Positions 1 to 11,985 of a stretch of 64,000 bases of DNA are shown in pieces. Each line of letters opens with the position of its first letter. Position 1 is the first letter of the stretch. A program made the translations under genes and the position numbers. Source of the stretch: Balanoglossus misakiensis (Eukaryota > Animalia > Hemichordata); the NCBI GenBank assembly GCA_040954595.2, contig CM082585.2:2448902-2512901 (forward strand), written 5' to 3'. Below the pieces are notes generated by a model. The model did not search any database. It saw nothing but the letters and a program-made list of their open reading frames with translations, and was not told where the DNA came from.

Positions 1-520
1 ATCCTCGTTTGTTTACAAAATTCTGTTGTGATGCGCAGAACACATAGATAGGCCTATGCGCATTGGAAAGTTTTCCACTAGACTCCGTAGATCGACGGAT
101 AGTTCTAAAATTTCCATGGTTGCTTCCAAACACATCCTCGTTTGTTTACAAAAATCTGTTGTGATGCGCAGAACACATAGATAGGCCTATGCGCATATGA
201 ACGTTTTCAACTAGACTCTGTATATCGACGGATAGTTCTAAAATTTCCATGGTTGCTTCCAAACACATCCTCGTTTGTTTACAAAATTCTGTTGTGATGC
301 GCAGAACACATAGATAGGCCTATGCGCATTGGAAAGTTTTCCACTAGACTCCGTAGATCGACGGATAGTTCTAAAATTTCCATGGTTGCTTCCAAACACA
401 TCCTCGTTTGTTTACAAAAATCTTTTGTGATGCGCAGAACACATTGATAGGCCTAATGAACGTTTTCCACTATACTCTGTAGATCGACGGATAGTTCTAA
501 AATTTCCGTGGTTGCTTCCA
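1..520. repeat. 133-bp tandem satellite with alternating A/B variants (266-bp dimer); runs off the left edge
   Basis: Units start at 1, 134, 267 and 400 (ATCCTCGTTTGTTTACAAAA). Units 1 and 3 share ...CATTGGAAAGTTTTCCACTAGACTCCG; units 2 and 4 share ...ATGAACGTTTT...CTCTG. Confidence 0.95.
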
Positions 521-979
521 GTCTAATTAATTCAGATAAAAAGAATTGACACATTATGATGTAAATATTTATAAAAGTAGTAATAATGTAAGAGATAACC
601 ATAATTCAAAATTCATTAAATTCTAATGTAATTTTAAAGTTTTGTTTTAAATTTTTCATGAAAAAAATAAGCATATCAAGTGACATGTTTAATAGTGAAA
701 AAAACCTGAATGTCACAAAATCAACAATCATCTAAAGAAATTAACACTGATTCCTCTTTTCCATCACACTGTATCAAAAACTCCTACCAAAAGTACAGTA
801 TTATTTAAACCACAAATAAGAAAAATCTCCTTATTATGACTTGTCAGATTATTAGGTGACAGACAGGAGTTGGCAGATGCTGGAGGCCGGGAGAAAATCA
901 TCCTATCTTATCTGCTCCAGATCGCTTTGAATATTCTCCTAATCCTGATGTACATGTATCAGATCAATCTTGTATGTTA

Positions 980-1143
980 CTAATTGAACAATTTGTTCTT
1001 CGGTATAACAGAACCAGTTGAATACTCAAAGTCATGCAAAGGGTAAGACAATATCTCTTCTCCAGAAAGTCAAGGGTTCTTGAGAATATTCCTTCTACAC
1101 AGGCAGCTCTAAAAGAACATGTGCTATGAGAAACCTAGCAAAG
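980..1143 (+). pseudogene. Remnant of an Academ(X)-type DNA transposon protein, C-terminal XPG-like region
   Basis: Frame reads LIEQFVLRYNRTS*ILKVMQRVRQYLFSRKSRVLENIPSTQAALKEHVL*. This resembles the 'ERFV..YDRT...R..LE.IPPT..AL..H..R' motif recalled for this family. In-frame stops; a CTA-ending terminus-like sequence lies at ~1702. Confidence 0.5.
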
Positions 1144-1459
1144 CTATATCAAACCAACAGAATCCCATTGGAAATCAAGTTGGAAAACTCTTAGTCAAGC
1201 CCAAGAAAAGAGTCAACCTCAGGAAATCAGTTGTAAAAAGTAATGCACATGTTCCTGTAGGTGCTTTAGGTCTAGTCTGACAGCAGTGCTCTTTGTTACT
1301 GTAAAGGAGAATGTCATCAAGATTGATCTGATACATGTACATCACAATTAGGATAATATACAGAGGAATGTATGGAAGCAAGTATGTTTTACAACCCATA
1401 ATCCTGTTTCTGAGTGTTACAATTGACCAAAAAGTGCCAATAATGGGAGAGAAGTGTGA

Positions 1460-1702
1460 ATGTCAGTTTCTGGCCGCTATTTTGGGATCCATATTGGAAA
1501 ATGTCCGCCATGGGTCAATGAATAATTGTACCAAATTTCATGCTTTTAACCCAAAGTGCACGATTTTAAAGTTTGATATCTGTTTCTGGTCACTAGAGGG
1601 CTGTGTCATTTTAGATCCATATCAGAAAATGGCCGCCATAAGTGTACCAAGTTTCATGCTTTTAACCCAAATTGCACGATTTTTGGGTTAACTGCCCCAC
1701 TA
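1460..1702. mobile_element. Terminal segment of an Academ-like element ending ...CCCCACTA
   Basis: Duplicated GTACCAA(A/G)TTTCATGCTTTTAACCCAAA(G/T)TGCACGATTTT subterminal motif. The CTA end resembles the terminus at 15716. Confidence 0.45.
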
Positions 1703-2330
1703 CAAGGAGAAGTGCAGACTGAAATGCAGTGATTGTCAATGTTGTAAATGTATGTGTTGTTGTTGTTTGTTAAAATGTCAGGTTTTTGTAGAATTGATGT
1801 TTAACAACTTAGCTACTTTGCATGTCAAGCAAGGAGTACACTCAGTCATGTGTAGTATGGTAGTTTAAGCTTAGCTTCATTGAGATGTCATGTCTGGAGA
1901 ACATTCACTGAGTTTGAATATTTGCTTGTAGTTTTTAGTCATCCAAGAACTTAGTCTGAGGTTGCCAACCTGTCTATCAGATGTGAAGTTAATACCTTAA
2001 ATAATTACAATGACATTGTTCATTTCTCCTGTATATGTAAAAATCACATGTAATTTATTCAAAAGCTGACTACAAATCACATAGCACAATGCTCATTCAA
2101 AACAAGATATAATTTTTAAGTTTTAAGTTATAAGGTTTATTTAGTAGAGCATGTTTTGTACATTACATTATATTTCCAGTTTTGATTGGAAAAACTGCAT
2201 GAAAATACGTGTTCACCGAGTTGCAATGACAGTATTACAGTACATCCATATCATTCCTAATTTTATGTGAGAAAACACTGTTGTTGGTATAAGTCAGAAA
2301 CTGACATGAAACTGAATACATATAACTCTT

Positions 2331-3960
2331 CTTTTTTTTTTTTTTTTTTTTTTTTTTTTCATTTCAAAAATACAGGACAAAAACAAAAAAGTCGACAAAG
2401 ACAAGAAAAAGAAAGAAACCACAAAAAGAACACTAATAAACGAACAAGTTGACAAAAGCTCCCCATTTTTCTAGATGTATCCCCTGTCTATCATTTGTAG
2501 TGGCTACATTATCTTCTATTTTATAAATAGATTTCACATATGATTTAAACTGAAGCATGTTTGGCAAAACATTCGGCACTTTACATGTAAAAATATAAGA
2601 ACGTCCAATCAAAAGAATGAAATTTGCAAGTTGACTACCTCCCTCATCTATATTACCCAGAATACAGTACATTGCACTTAACCTTAGTGTATTAAGTGTA
2701 ACAGTAAAAAAAACACTCTTTCACTGAAATCCAAAACCGACTAGTATAAATACAATCCCAAAAAAGATGGTAATAATCCTCTACAACATCTTTACAAAAA
2801 ATACAAAGTGGGGAGTCAATTATTCGCCATTTGTAAAGCATGCGGTTTGAAGGCAAGATCTTCATTATTAGTTTGTACTGAAAATTCCAAAGCTTAATAT
2901 CATTTGTTAATTTGAAAGGAAGCGAAAACACAGTTTTTAAGGAAAATACTTCATCAAATACATCGTACCAATAACGTATTATGTGTGGAGAAAGCTCCTG
3001 TGGTGTTTGTAAATTCAGAACAAAAGTGTACATCTCTCTATTGAGTTTTTTACCAGACAAACAATTGGGATTTCGAAAATTAGGCTTACATACCAGTAGT
3101 TTGGATGAGTGTGAATTATGTACAATATTTTTCCAATCAAGTGGTAATGCACATAATAACTGAAATTGTGTACAAATATTACCATATATTGTAGTAAACT
3201 GCTGATAATTATAAAACTTACAATTAGCATCGATAAGATCATTAATAAAAATAACACCATTCCTTGAAAAGTTATTCCACAATATTGGCTTATCACTAAT
3301 TCGTATCTCAGAATTATTGCAAATTAGTTCTTGGCATACATCGTCTTTATCAGATACTGTAGTGGTATTATACTGCAGCCATGCTGAATAAATTTGTCTT
3401 AAGAAAACAGAATTAATGGGGTTCAAAATATGAAAATCATCTTTTTTTAAATTGGCATAATACACTTGGGGCCCACCAAAACTGGAAAGAACAAATTTAT
3501 ACCATTTACTACAAAATAAACTATTGTTTCACATGATCCTCAAAAACCAGGCTGTCTTTAGCGTCAAATTAAAGGCAGGCAAATTTGTCAAATTGAGACC
3601 CCCATTTACATATTAATTGTAGATGGTATTCCTCTTAATCTTGTCTCGCTTACCACCCCACAAAAAATTGAAAACTAAAAACTGAAGTTTCATACTTTTT
3701 AAAGAAGTCATTACCAGGAGATGGTAGAGACATGAAAAGATGAGTAAACTGTGAATTGACCAAGGATTTTATAATTGTTACTTTCCCATAAAAAGTGAGC
3801 CCCCTACCGTGCCATGTATAACTCTTCTTTACACTAGTAATTTCTCACAATATTATAATGTGACTCTACCATTGTTATTTGTATTTGATGTACCTGTTCC
3901 CAATTGTGAAAAAATAACACTTAGTATACAGTAAATATGAACAAGTTGTTTGGTTTATAG
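2331..3960 (-). mobile_element. 5'-truncated L1/Tx1-clade LINE: 3' part of ORF2 plus poly(A) tail
   Basis: ORF 2692-3465 has the zf-RVT motif CIFC...EDYYHLFWDC. An upstream broken frame reads FLWGGKRDKIKRNTI...GGL. The T-run at 2331-2359 is poly(A) on the minus strand. Confidence 0.85.
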
Positions 3961-3974
3961 GGAGGAACCAAGTT

Positions 3975-4442
3975 CGATTTCCTCAAAAAGGCAAAGAAGC
4001 CAATTAAAACAGCGCACCAAACTGTTAAATGAAACTTGTTGGAAAGATCAATAATAGTTGCCAATTTCCTCCAACATGGGAACTGTCAAAGGCAACTTCT
4101 GAGAAGGTGTGTGGACACTGCTTTTTCTGATGCCTGTGAGCGCCAATTTGAAACCCAGGCATTCGAAAGGTTTCAGGCTGTGGCCGGTCAGTATATGAAG
4201 TGTCTTGACACCCGCAATATAATTGGTAACGGATGCAGGACTACTAAACGACCTGCTAAGAAACTGGGCATAAAGCGCCAAAACCGTGGACGTTGTAGGC
4301 ACCGCTTACAAACCGTAGTGAAGTGCAAAACTTATATAGGAGCGGAACTGAATATTCAGGTTCCTGAGCGTACCGGGACGAAAGGCTGCTAGCCGGGAGT
4401 TCTTGACCTCTTGTCTTAATAACTCCAGATCTTGCTGCACAG
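3975..4442 (-). pseudogene. Tyrosine recombinase N-terminal part (truncated, with stops)
   Basis: AFRPGTLRNL..QFRSY...LALYAQFL...SVTNYIAGVKTLH...KLPLT..ML...LTVWCAVLIGFFAFLRKSNL, the last segment carrying the first catalytic Arg box. Confidence 0.8.
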
Positions 4443-4467
4443 CTGCAAATAAATTAAAATAAGACGT

Positions 4468-6240
4468 TTAGTGAAAACAATGCTTCTGAAGGACGAGTTT
4501 CTTCAAGAAGTTTATCTCCTGTGAGTGAGGCAAAGGTGTCGCGGTACTTGCGGTCCAAATGCCAGCGTGACAAGCAATCGGCAATGCTGTTCTGAGCGCC
4601 AGGAAGATAGGCGCGCTTTCAGCTCGAACTGATGTGTCGCTGCAATAAACCAAAGTTCGCGCGCGGCTGACATGAGAAAGGGGTCGCGACCGCGGCCGGT
4701 GTTAAGAACCTGTACCATGCTGCTGTTGTCGCTGATGACTAGAATGCGCAGGCCTGTCCATTTGTCACCCCAAAGTCTGGCCGCCACTACGATGGTGAGC
4801 ATGTCAAGGCAATGGATAGGCTGTTGCTGCTGCAAGACAAAATCTGGGAATGGGGCATGGAAATACTGTGAGGCTGAGATTCCACCACATCCTGAAAGGC
4901 AAGCATCTGTACAAATAACGCTGTTAGGTGTGGACCAGACCAGTTCCGGAATAATCGAAACGCCGTTATATTGCCTAAGAAAAGAGATCCACCAACTGAT
5001 ATCTTTCTGGAACTGCACGTTTAAGTAAATGTGATGCCGCGCTGACTGGACAGAACGTAGCGTGTCAAGCATGCGGCTAATAAAAAGACGGCCTGCACGA
5101 ACACAGCTAGAGACAAATGAAAGCTTGCCGATAAGGACCTGCAACTGACGTCTAGTGGCATTTTTCCTGCCTGAACAATGAGCAAGAAGCTCTGAAAGCT
5201 CAGTGAGCCTGTCCTCTGTGACTAAAAACGAGAGACAAGTTGTGGGGGTTACAGCTTGACCAAAGGCTTCCTGTAGACCTAATTCAGAGAGAAGAGACCG
5301 CAAAGCTAAAAAGGCGGACTGGGCCCGTATAGGGGTGTCTGCGCCGCAAAAGTCATCCAAAATAATTGACTGCGCGAAAACCCAGATTATGGTACATGGC
5401 AATCACGGTGTTCGTGGTGGCCTGACATGCAAGCGCCGCGGAGCGCAACCCAAATGGCAAACGGAGATCAATAAAGAGCGAATCTCGCCATGTATAACCC
5501 AACAGGTGAAAGTCGTGGGGATCCACTGGCAATTGTCTGTAAGCCCTACTCAAGTCTAGTTTAAACAAGAGACAACCGGGACCCAAATCTCTGATAATCG
5601 CGACCAGCGTGTCAATATTGGGGTAGCGGAGCTGGAAAGGCTGCTGCAGGAAGGTCAATGCTGAAAAACCTGCATTGACAGAACTAGAGATGGGAAAACT
5701 GAGATCCATTATAATACGCCTATACGGAGACCCCTTCTTCGGGACTGAGGAGAGCGGGGAAGTAGCCACTGGCATAGTATGTGGGTTAGATGCGAATGGT
5801 CCAGCGGTGGCCTTTAGACTAACTTCAGTGCTAACGAAGGCATCAACATGGTGAGCAAATTGCAAGGCGGATCTATGGTTGCGCCTGCTAGCAAGTGGCA
5901 AGCAATTACCAGTGAAATTGATGGGCCAACCAAATTCAAGAAAGTCAACTATAATTCCGCTGTGCCTGTCAGGAAGTCTGGCTCGCCATGCTGGAATGTT
6001 TAGTGCAATGGGAACAGGGATACGCACTCCGGCAAAGTTTGGTTTTCCGGAAGTGAAAACTGTCCTGTGCGCTTGTAGGACCTACTCGTGTGAAACTGGC
6101 GAACATGGGGGCCAATCAGTCGTGTGTGGGGGGACCCAGGCCGGAATAACTGGAAGAAGTGGAGTGTCAACAACGGTGGGTACTAAAAATTCCTGGTACT
6201 GGAAGGTCTTGGTACCTGATATAGCCTTTGCTAGAACATG
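4468..6240 (-). pseudogene. DIRS-type reverse transcriptase/RNase H, frameshifted
   Basis: ORFs 5353-6027 and 4512-5402 join at the broken Y-x-DD motif (NYF/LDDF). A further frameshift lies near the RNaseH end. Confidence 0.9.
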
Positions 6241-7384
6241 ATGCGAGAGGGCACAGTCGAAAAGTACAGAAATGTGGCAATACAAATTGTGAGCATCAAA
6301 AGCTACACCATTTACAAAGTTTGAAAGGTCAGGTGAAAAACCTACATAACAAAAAGGCTGATCAGCTATACTGTTACATGAGCCAGATTCTGCTACATCT
6401 TGGAAAATCCCCTCTCCCCCTGGTGCTGCAGGCCATTCCCTGGGTTTTTTTGGTGTTTCGTCCCTGAATTCTTTATCGTTAAAGGGGCAATCTGTGGAAG
6501 CATGCCGTGTTTCCTAATGCCTAAAGCGCAAACAGGCGGAGCAGACATGCTTTTCCAATTTGCCCTCCACTACATGATCAGAGATTTGGCTACATTTGTG
6601 ATCTTGAAAGGCAGAGCAATAGCGAGAGTGACGGTTTTTCTTAGCGCTAGGCTTAACTGGTTGATCCACACTAATTTGGGGAGGGTTTCTGACGAATCTG
6701 GTATGCAGGTTGTCAAAATCGTCGCCCCACACCAACAACCCCTGCTCAAGGTATTGTAAAATAATTATTGAGTGGTATTTACGGACCCTCTCCCAAGAAT
6801 ACAACTGAGCGTCAGTGACAATGTTTTGCAAGTTTGCTAAACGATTGACAGTGGAAGCATTATCTAAACTCATCCCTAATATGATGTCACATGAATCCTT
6901 CAAATCTTCTTTGGCACTACACTTCACCAAACCAGAAAACTGACATTTTTGATGTCCTGTACTATAGGGTGCACTCACTGGCAAAGCCTTCAATATGTTG
7001 AAGTTGGCCAGTAAGGTAGATATATAGATAGATTCAGTTCACCCGATACCAGCTGTGGTAAAGTCAATTCATCATAAGTAATTGCCTCTGGTTTGTGCGG
7101 GTTGGGGTCTCGGATTTATTTGTGTGGCCATGGTATGTACATGAGAACCCTGTCTGTTGGTTTCCTCTTGGCGCCACTTTTTATTCTTTTACCTTTTGTC
7201 CTGGCGGTAGTCGATGGCTGGAGAAGCCTGTTCCTCGTCCTCGTGCGCGGAGCGTTCCGTTTCTCTACCTGTTTCTTCCCGTCGCCATGTCTGCTGTCTG
7301 CATCGTCGCTGGAGAAGTAGTATGTGCATGTGTATATGTGCGATGTTCGCGTTGTTCGTGTATTTCTTTCAACAAACTCCGAAA

Positions 7385-8150
7385 TCAGTTCTTTCCACAT
7401 TGAGTGTCTACATAGTCCTGGAATCTTACTGGTCTTCTCACAACGCGTCCTCTGGAAGTGGTTTTCACTGACTGGTTGCCTGTGGCATCTGCTTGCGTCA
7501 TACTGCTACAAACCGAGTTAGGATTGGTTACCGTCATCTCTTTGAGAGGTTTTACATCTGGCGTAGTTTCTTCAACAGCAGGTGGTTGACAATGCTTTAC
7601 AAGCAGGTGGTCATCAGCGACATCTGGAACAACTGGCATTTCTTTTGTTTTCCTGGTCACGGCGGTTTCTACGGTACATGTGTCCATCTGACTCGACAAT
7701 ATATGATCGTGGTGTATTTGCTCTGGACTGTACAACTGCTGGTTTCCATCCTTTGGGTGTCTTCATCCTCACAAACTCATCGTTTGATAAACTGGGCAGA
7801 TGTTTGGCATGCTGGTCATGATATTATTTCTGTCTTTGTTTCAATGTTTCTAGGCTTGGCTTTACATTCTCAACTTGTTTGGGCTTCAGCAAAATCTCGC
7901 TGGTTGGAAAGAGTGTTTTTGGTTCTCCTACCCATGAGTCTCTGCCCAGGTGATCCCAACTGACTGTCACGTGGTATGTTTCTATGATCCAGCAGAGCTA
8001 AATATGGATCCTTGTTATTTCGCTTGGCTTTCTTCATAAGCGATAAATTTGCACTTTTGACTGCATTTTCTGCCATGCCATTAGATTTGGGGTATCTTGG
8101 ACTTGATGTGACATGTTCAAATCCATAGGCAGCTGCAAACTTGACATGTA
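7385..8150 (-). pseudogene. Gypsy-type (K02A2.6/Mag-like) integrase C-terminal fragment
   Basis: GFEHVTSSPRYPKSNGMAENAVK...DPYLALLDHRNIP...SPGQRLMGRR and a terminal TTSRGRVVRRPVRFQDYV. Frameshifted. Confidence 0.85.
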
Positions 8151-8828
8151 TATTTTTGAGCTGAACAATAAACTTGTTTAATACTTTACTTGCCAAAATA
8201 AAACAACTCGTGAGTGACTTGGTCAGTTGTCATGGTTCAGTATGTAAAAAATGAAATAATACATTTTATGGGTACGTACCCATACAATGTGACGTTACTT
8301 GCGCAGTTAGTTGTTGTTAGAGTAAACAAAAGATCACGTGATTGTGACGTTACAGTTTTTCGTGTAGTATGGGCGGTTCATTCAAACATGTTGTTTACCA
8401 TCGGACCTTTTCTATGAAACCTTATATCGTTATATGGGCAAATTCAACCCGAATCCATGGGTAGGGCAATTCTTTTCATGTTAAAGGTTTGTTCATCGAT
8501 ATTTATTTCACAAAGAAAAAAATATATATCCAAAATGGTATTTGCCATCAACTGGGCAGTTAAACATAGCTGAATGAAGTACAGTAATCTAAAAGACATA
8601 TATAAAGCGATGATATCTCCATTACTCGAATTTCAATTTTAATGGCAACATCTCCCGTAAAATGCGGACCTCACTTTAGGTATTTGTTGATGCAGCGTTA
8701 TTTTCATTGTATGTATTACCCTTGTTTGATAAGTTCCCTTTTATGAGATCTGACTTTCACTATAATAGACACAATGCTGGCTATCAACCGGAAATTGCGT
8801 CACTTCCTCATTTCATTCGTTGAACAAA

Positions 8829-9459
8829 GAATCGCGTCAAGGACACAGTGGTCCCATTGAGGGAATACACAAGAAAAAGTCTACACCGGAGTATATGGCC
8901 ATATACAGACAGACAGACAGACACACACACACACACAAACAAACACACTCACGCACACACACACACACACATACACACACATACACACACAGCAAGAGAT
9001 CAATGGGCGAGCACTGACTGACCCATAAGCTGCCAATGGCATATGTACTGTACATACACTAAATAGAACAGCTGGCCTCTTTAAAACTTAGCCAGTTATG
9101 TAATCATTCAGGAATTTGCTGTGTATATAAACAACAAAATAAAGTAAATACACACCACTTCGCAAAGCAATCTGACCAGTAGTTCTTGGGTTACTGAGTT
9201 ATGACCAAATTCACATTTTCCATCTAATTTGCATATTTTGGGCAATGACAATTTCATTTGAACAAACTCCCATCTACAGCCCAGCCTGCATCTGGCACAC
9301 CAAATATCAAGGTGATACACGCAGTGGTTTTCAAGTTTTTGATGTGGACGGACATACAGACATACATCCATACATACATACATACATACATAAATACATG
9401 CAGACGCAACCGATCCCATAAGGTCCCATGGTATATATGCCTATACCAATGGGACCTAA
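8829..9459 (-). mobile_element. Helentron-associated (HINE/DINE-1-like) non-autonomous element, short subfamily with (CA)n
   Basis: Same termini as 12078-13600 (AGGTCCCATTGGTAT...ATGGGACC at 5'; ATGGGACCACTGTGTCCTTGACGC at 3'). Interior is homologous to 40363-40936. Confidence 0.75.
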
Positions 9460-10228
9460 CAACCTTGAATCCGCAGGCAGCCCGTTGATATCTGTGAATA
9501 AGGAGGGTAGAAATTGTGCAAATTATTTCAAACATCAAAAATGAGTTAAGATGGTGCTGTATATCATGTGTATTACTTTGCATGTTTTTGATACGTTGTG
9601 CGTTATTTTGAACGCCTTAAAGGGAAAGTTAAGTCGAACCGATTTAGTATTATGTGTTAGCAATGGGTTCAGTTATTCAGGGGAATAAACATTTCGCCTT
9701 CTCAGACTCATGTGATTTTGCACAAAAAGGGAAAGAGATTCTTCGATATCAAATGATGTCAGACGTGCTCAGACGGCAGTTACGTTGGCATTCAAATTTC
9801 CAGATGACGGGCAACTTCAGCAACGTGGTGCAGACAAATACTGTGCAGACGAAATGCAATGAGGTTGATGAGGCCCCATACCTGATACATGTTGTGTATT
9901 TGGCGGTTATAAAGTAAAAACATACTCCGAAAAACTTTTGCCGAAATATCTGAAAATGACAACGCCGTGGGTTACATGGCCAGATCACGTGTTTAATAGT
10001 AAAGAATTGGCAGAAGATACATTCTAGGGCTACATCAAATTATACTTTTTGAATCAAAAAGTGCTTTCATGATTTCTATGATAACAAGATGTGAATATTA
10101 TTATTTGATAACAAATCTCTCCTCACAAAAGAATAGAAAGGTTTGGAGCATTATCATTTTGTCAAGTCTGTCCAGAGGCACATACTGCCTTATGATGATT
10201 ACATAGGCCTAATTAATTAATTTTTTCC

Positions 10229-10455
10229 TTAAAGGGACAAAGTCTCTCTCTCGCTGCCCCCTTTCCATTGATTATGTTTGATTCAACACACCCTGTGTAT
10301 ATATAGTGAATCAACGTTCGACCACACATGTTTGTAGGATATGAGAGTCAAAATCTCGCCCAAATGAATAAACGGTAGAGACCGATTATTCATTTTGGCG
10401 AGTTTTTCACTCTCGTGTCTGCATGTGGGATGAAAGGTGTGTGTGGTCGAACGTT
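10229..10455. mobile_element. Truncated TTAA MITE (Kolobok-like), same family as 42055-42400
   Basis: Starts TTAA-AGGGACAAAGTCTCTCTC. Cut off by the Academ-like end at 10456. Confidence 0.75.
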
Positions 10456-10458
10456 TAG

Positions 10459-11167
10459 TCAGGTGGAAATTTCAGAAAATGAGCATTTTAAAAGCATGTC
10501 AGGCATTTTTTGGTACAAGCTGGGAACAAGTTGTTTTTGGATATTTCGAATACGCTGATTTCGAAGTTGCCTGTTCCCAAAAATTCTTTTCACGTTTTCA
10601 TGTCGAAAATGGCAAATTAATTTGTGACGTCATAATTTCAAAATACCTAAAAGAAAACGCTGTTTGTAGCCATTATGGCGCAATATCACAGGTCAACACC
10701 ATAATAGTCTATTGAAATCATATTCTTATATTCATTTAAATATTTTTAAACAATTTTTTTAATTTAGAAACATTTTGTGAATTGGTAAAATGCTAATTTA
10801 TGTTAATTAGGTCCAGGTGGAAATTTCAGAAAATGAGCATTTTAAAAGCATGTCATTCATTTTTTTGGTACAAGCTGGGAACAAGTTGTTTTTGGATATT
10901 TCGAATACGCTGATTTCGAATTTGCCTGTTCCCAAAAATTCTTTTCACGTTTTCATGTCGAAAATGGCAAATTAATTTGTGACGTCATAATTTCAAAATA
11001 CCTAAAAGAAAACGCTGTTTGTAGCCATTATGGTGCAATATCACAGGTCAACACCATAATAGTCTATTGAAATCATATTCTTATATTCATTTAAATATTT
11101 TAAGCATTTTTTTAAATTTAGAAACGTTTGGTGAATTGGTAAAAATGCTAATTTATGTTAATTAGGT
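10459..11167. repeat. ~354-bp tandem duplication of the left terminal region
   Basis: CAGGTGGAAATTTCAGAAAATGAGC at 10460 and 10814; the two copies are near-identical. Confidence 0.95.
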
Positions 11168-11985
11168 GACACGCCCATCTAAAATCAATGGTCTACAAAA
11201 GAGAGCCAACAGTGTTAATGAGGTGTCTATTGCAATGTTTTCAGGGTCAAGGAATTCAAATATGCAATCGATTACCTTGTCAGACAAGGTGCAGCATGGA
11301 AAATATGCAAAATTAGCTCAATTACTCACGATGTCATGCTAAAATTGACAATTGAAAGCTAATGATACGACTATGGCCTGTGAGGTGTCTATTCACATGT
11401 TTTTTGGCAAATGTTTGCATTTTAATGAATAACTGAAATGAAACTTTTCATATTTGTATGTAATAGCATGTAAAAAACAACAAAAAACAAACAAAGAAAC
11501 ATACACAACGAGGATTTAGTTTAGACTGTACATGCTCGTTGGTAACATCGTGACCGATCGCTCCGTTAAAAAAACACCAGAACATTGAACGTATGAACGT
11601 TTAGGTCCACAACTCACAAGTTATTGAACTATGAATGTATGTTCAATGTTGTGAAAAGCCAAAAACATACTTTTTGCCAACAAAACTGGCATTTGTTAAC
11701 GTACAAGTTGTTCATTAATAGCGAAAGCATCGTATGGCCACACTCACATTATGCCAGCACCGTATATTCATGCTTAGTTATAAGACGTTGAATGCACACT
11801 GTCACTGATGGCCCGACGTCCTCGGTGTTTTATTGAAACCCGGTCTCTAACAACAATTTCTCTTCATAAGTAAAGAGTAATGTGTATTTTTATTACGTTT
11901 TTATATATGATACTGTGTGCAAAGTGAAGATTGTGTCAGTGAGGCAACATATATACATGTATGTTTAATCCACTTGGGTGTCGTA

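Larger units (their letters stand above)
3975..7320 (-). mobile_element. Decayed tyrosine-recombinase (DIRS/Ngaro-type) retrotransposon: gag, RT/RNaseH, N-terminal YR; truncated next to the LINE
   Basis: Gag-like motifs (KSG..R..DRV..IPWPH, YDELTLPQLVSGE, C-terminal Cys/His cluster) at 6514-7320. RT (RRIIMDLSFP, KLDLSRAYRQLP, LPFGLRSA) at 5353-6027. RNaseH (ICTDACLSGCGG, SDNSS) at 4512-5402. YR N-terminus at 3975-4442. Frameshifts and stops throughout. Confidence 0.9.

Noticed and set aside
1-520. CRISPR-like regular repeats
   Set aside because: Whole 133-bp units repeat with no unique spacers; eukaryotic context and no cas genes.
9108-9583. Recurrent CMYVCMDV-type ORFs (also 12060-12362 and 57513-57773)
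   Set aside because: Translations of the HINE microsatellite region.
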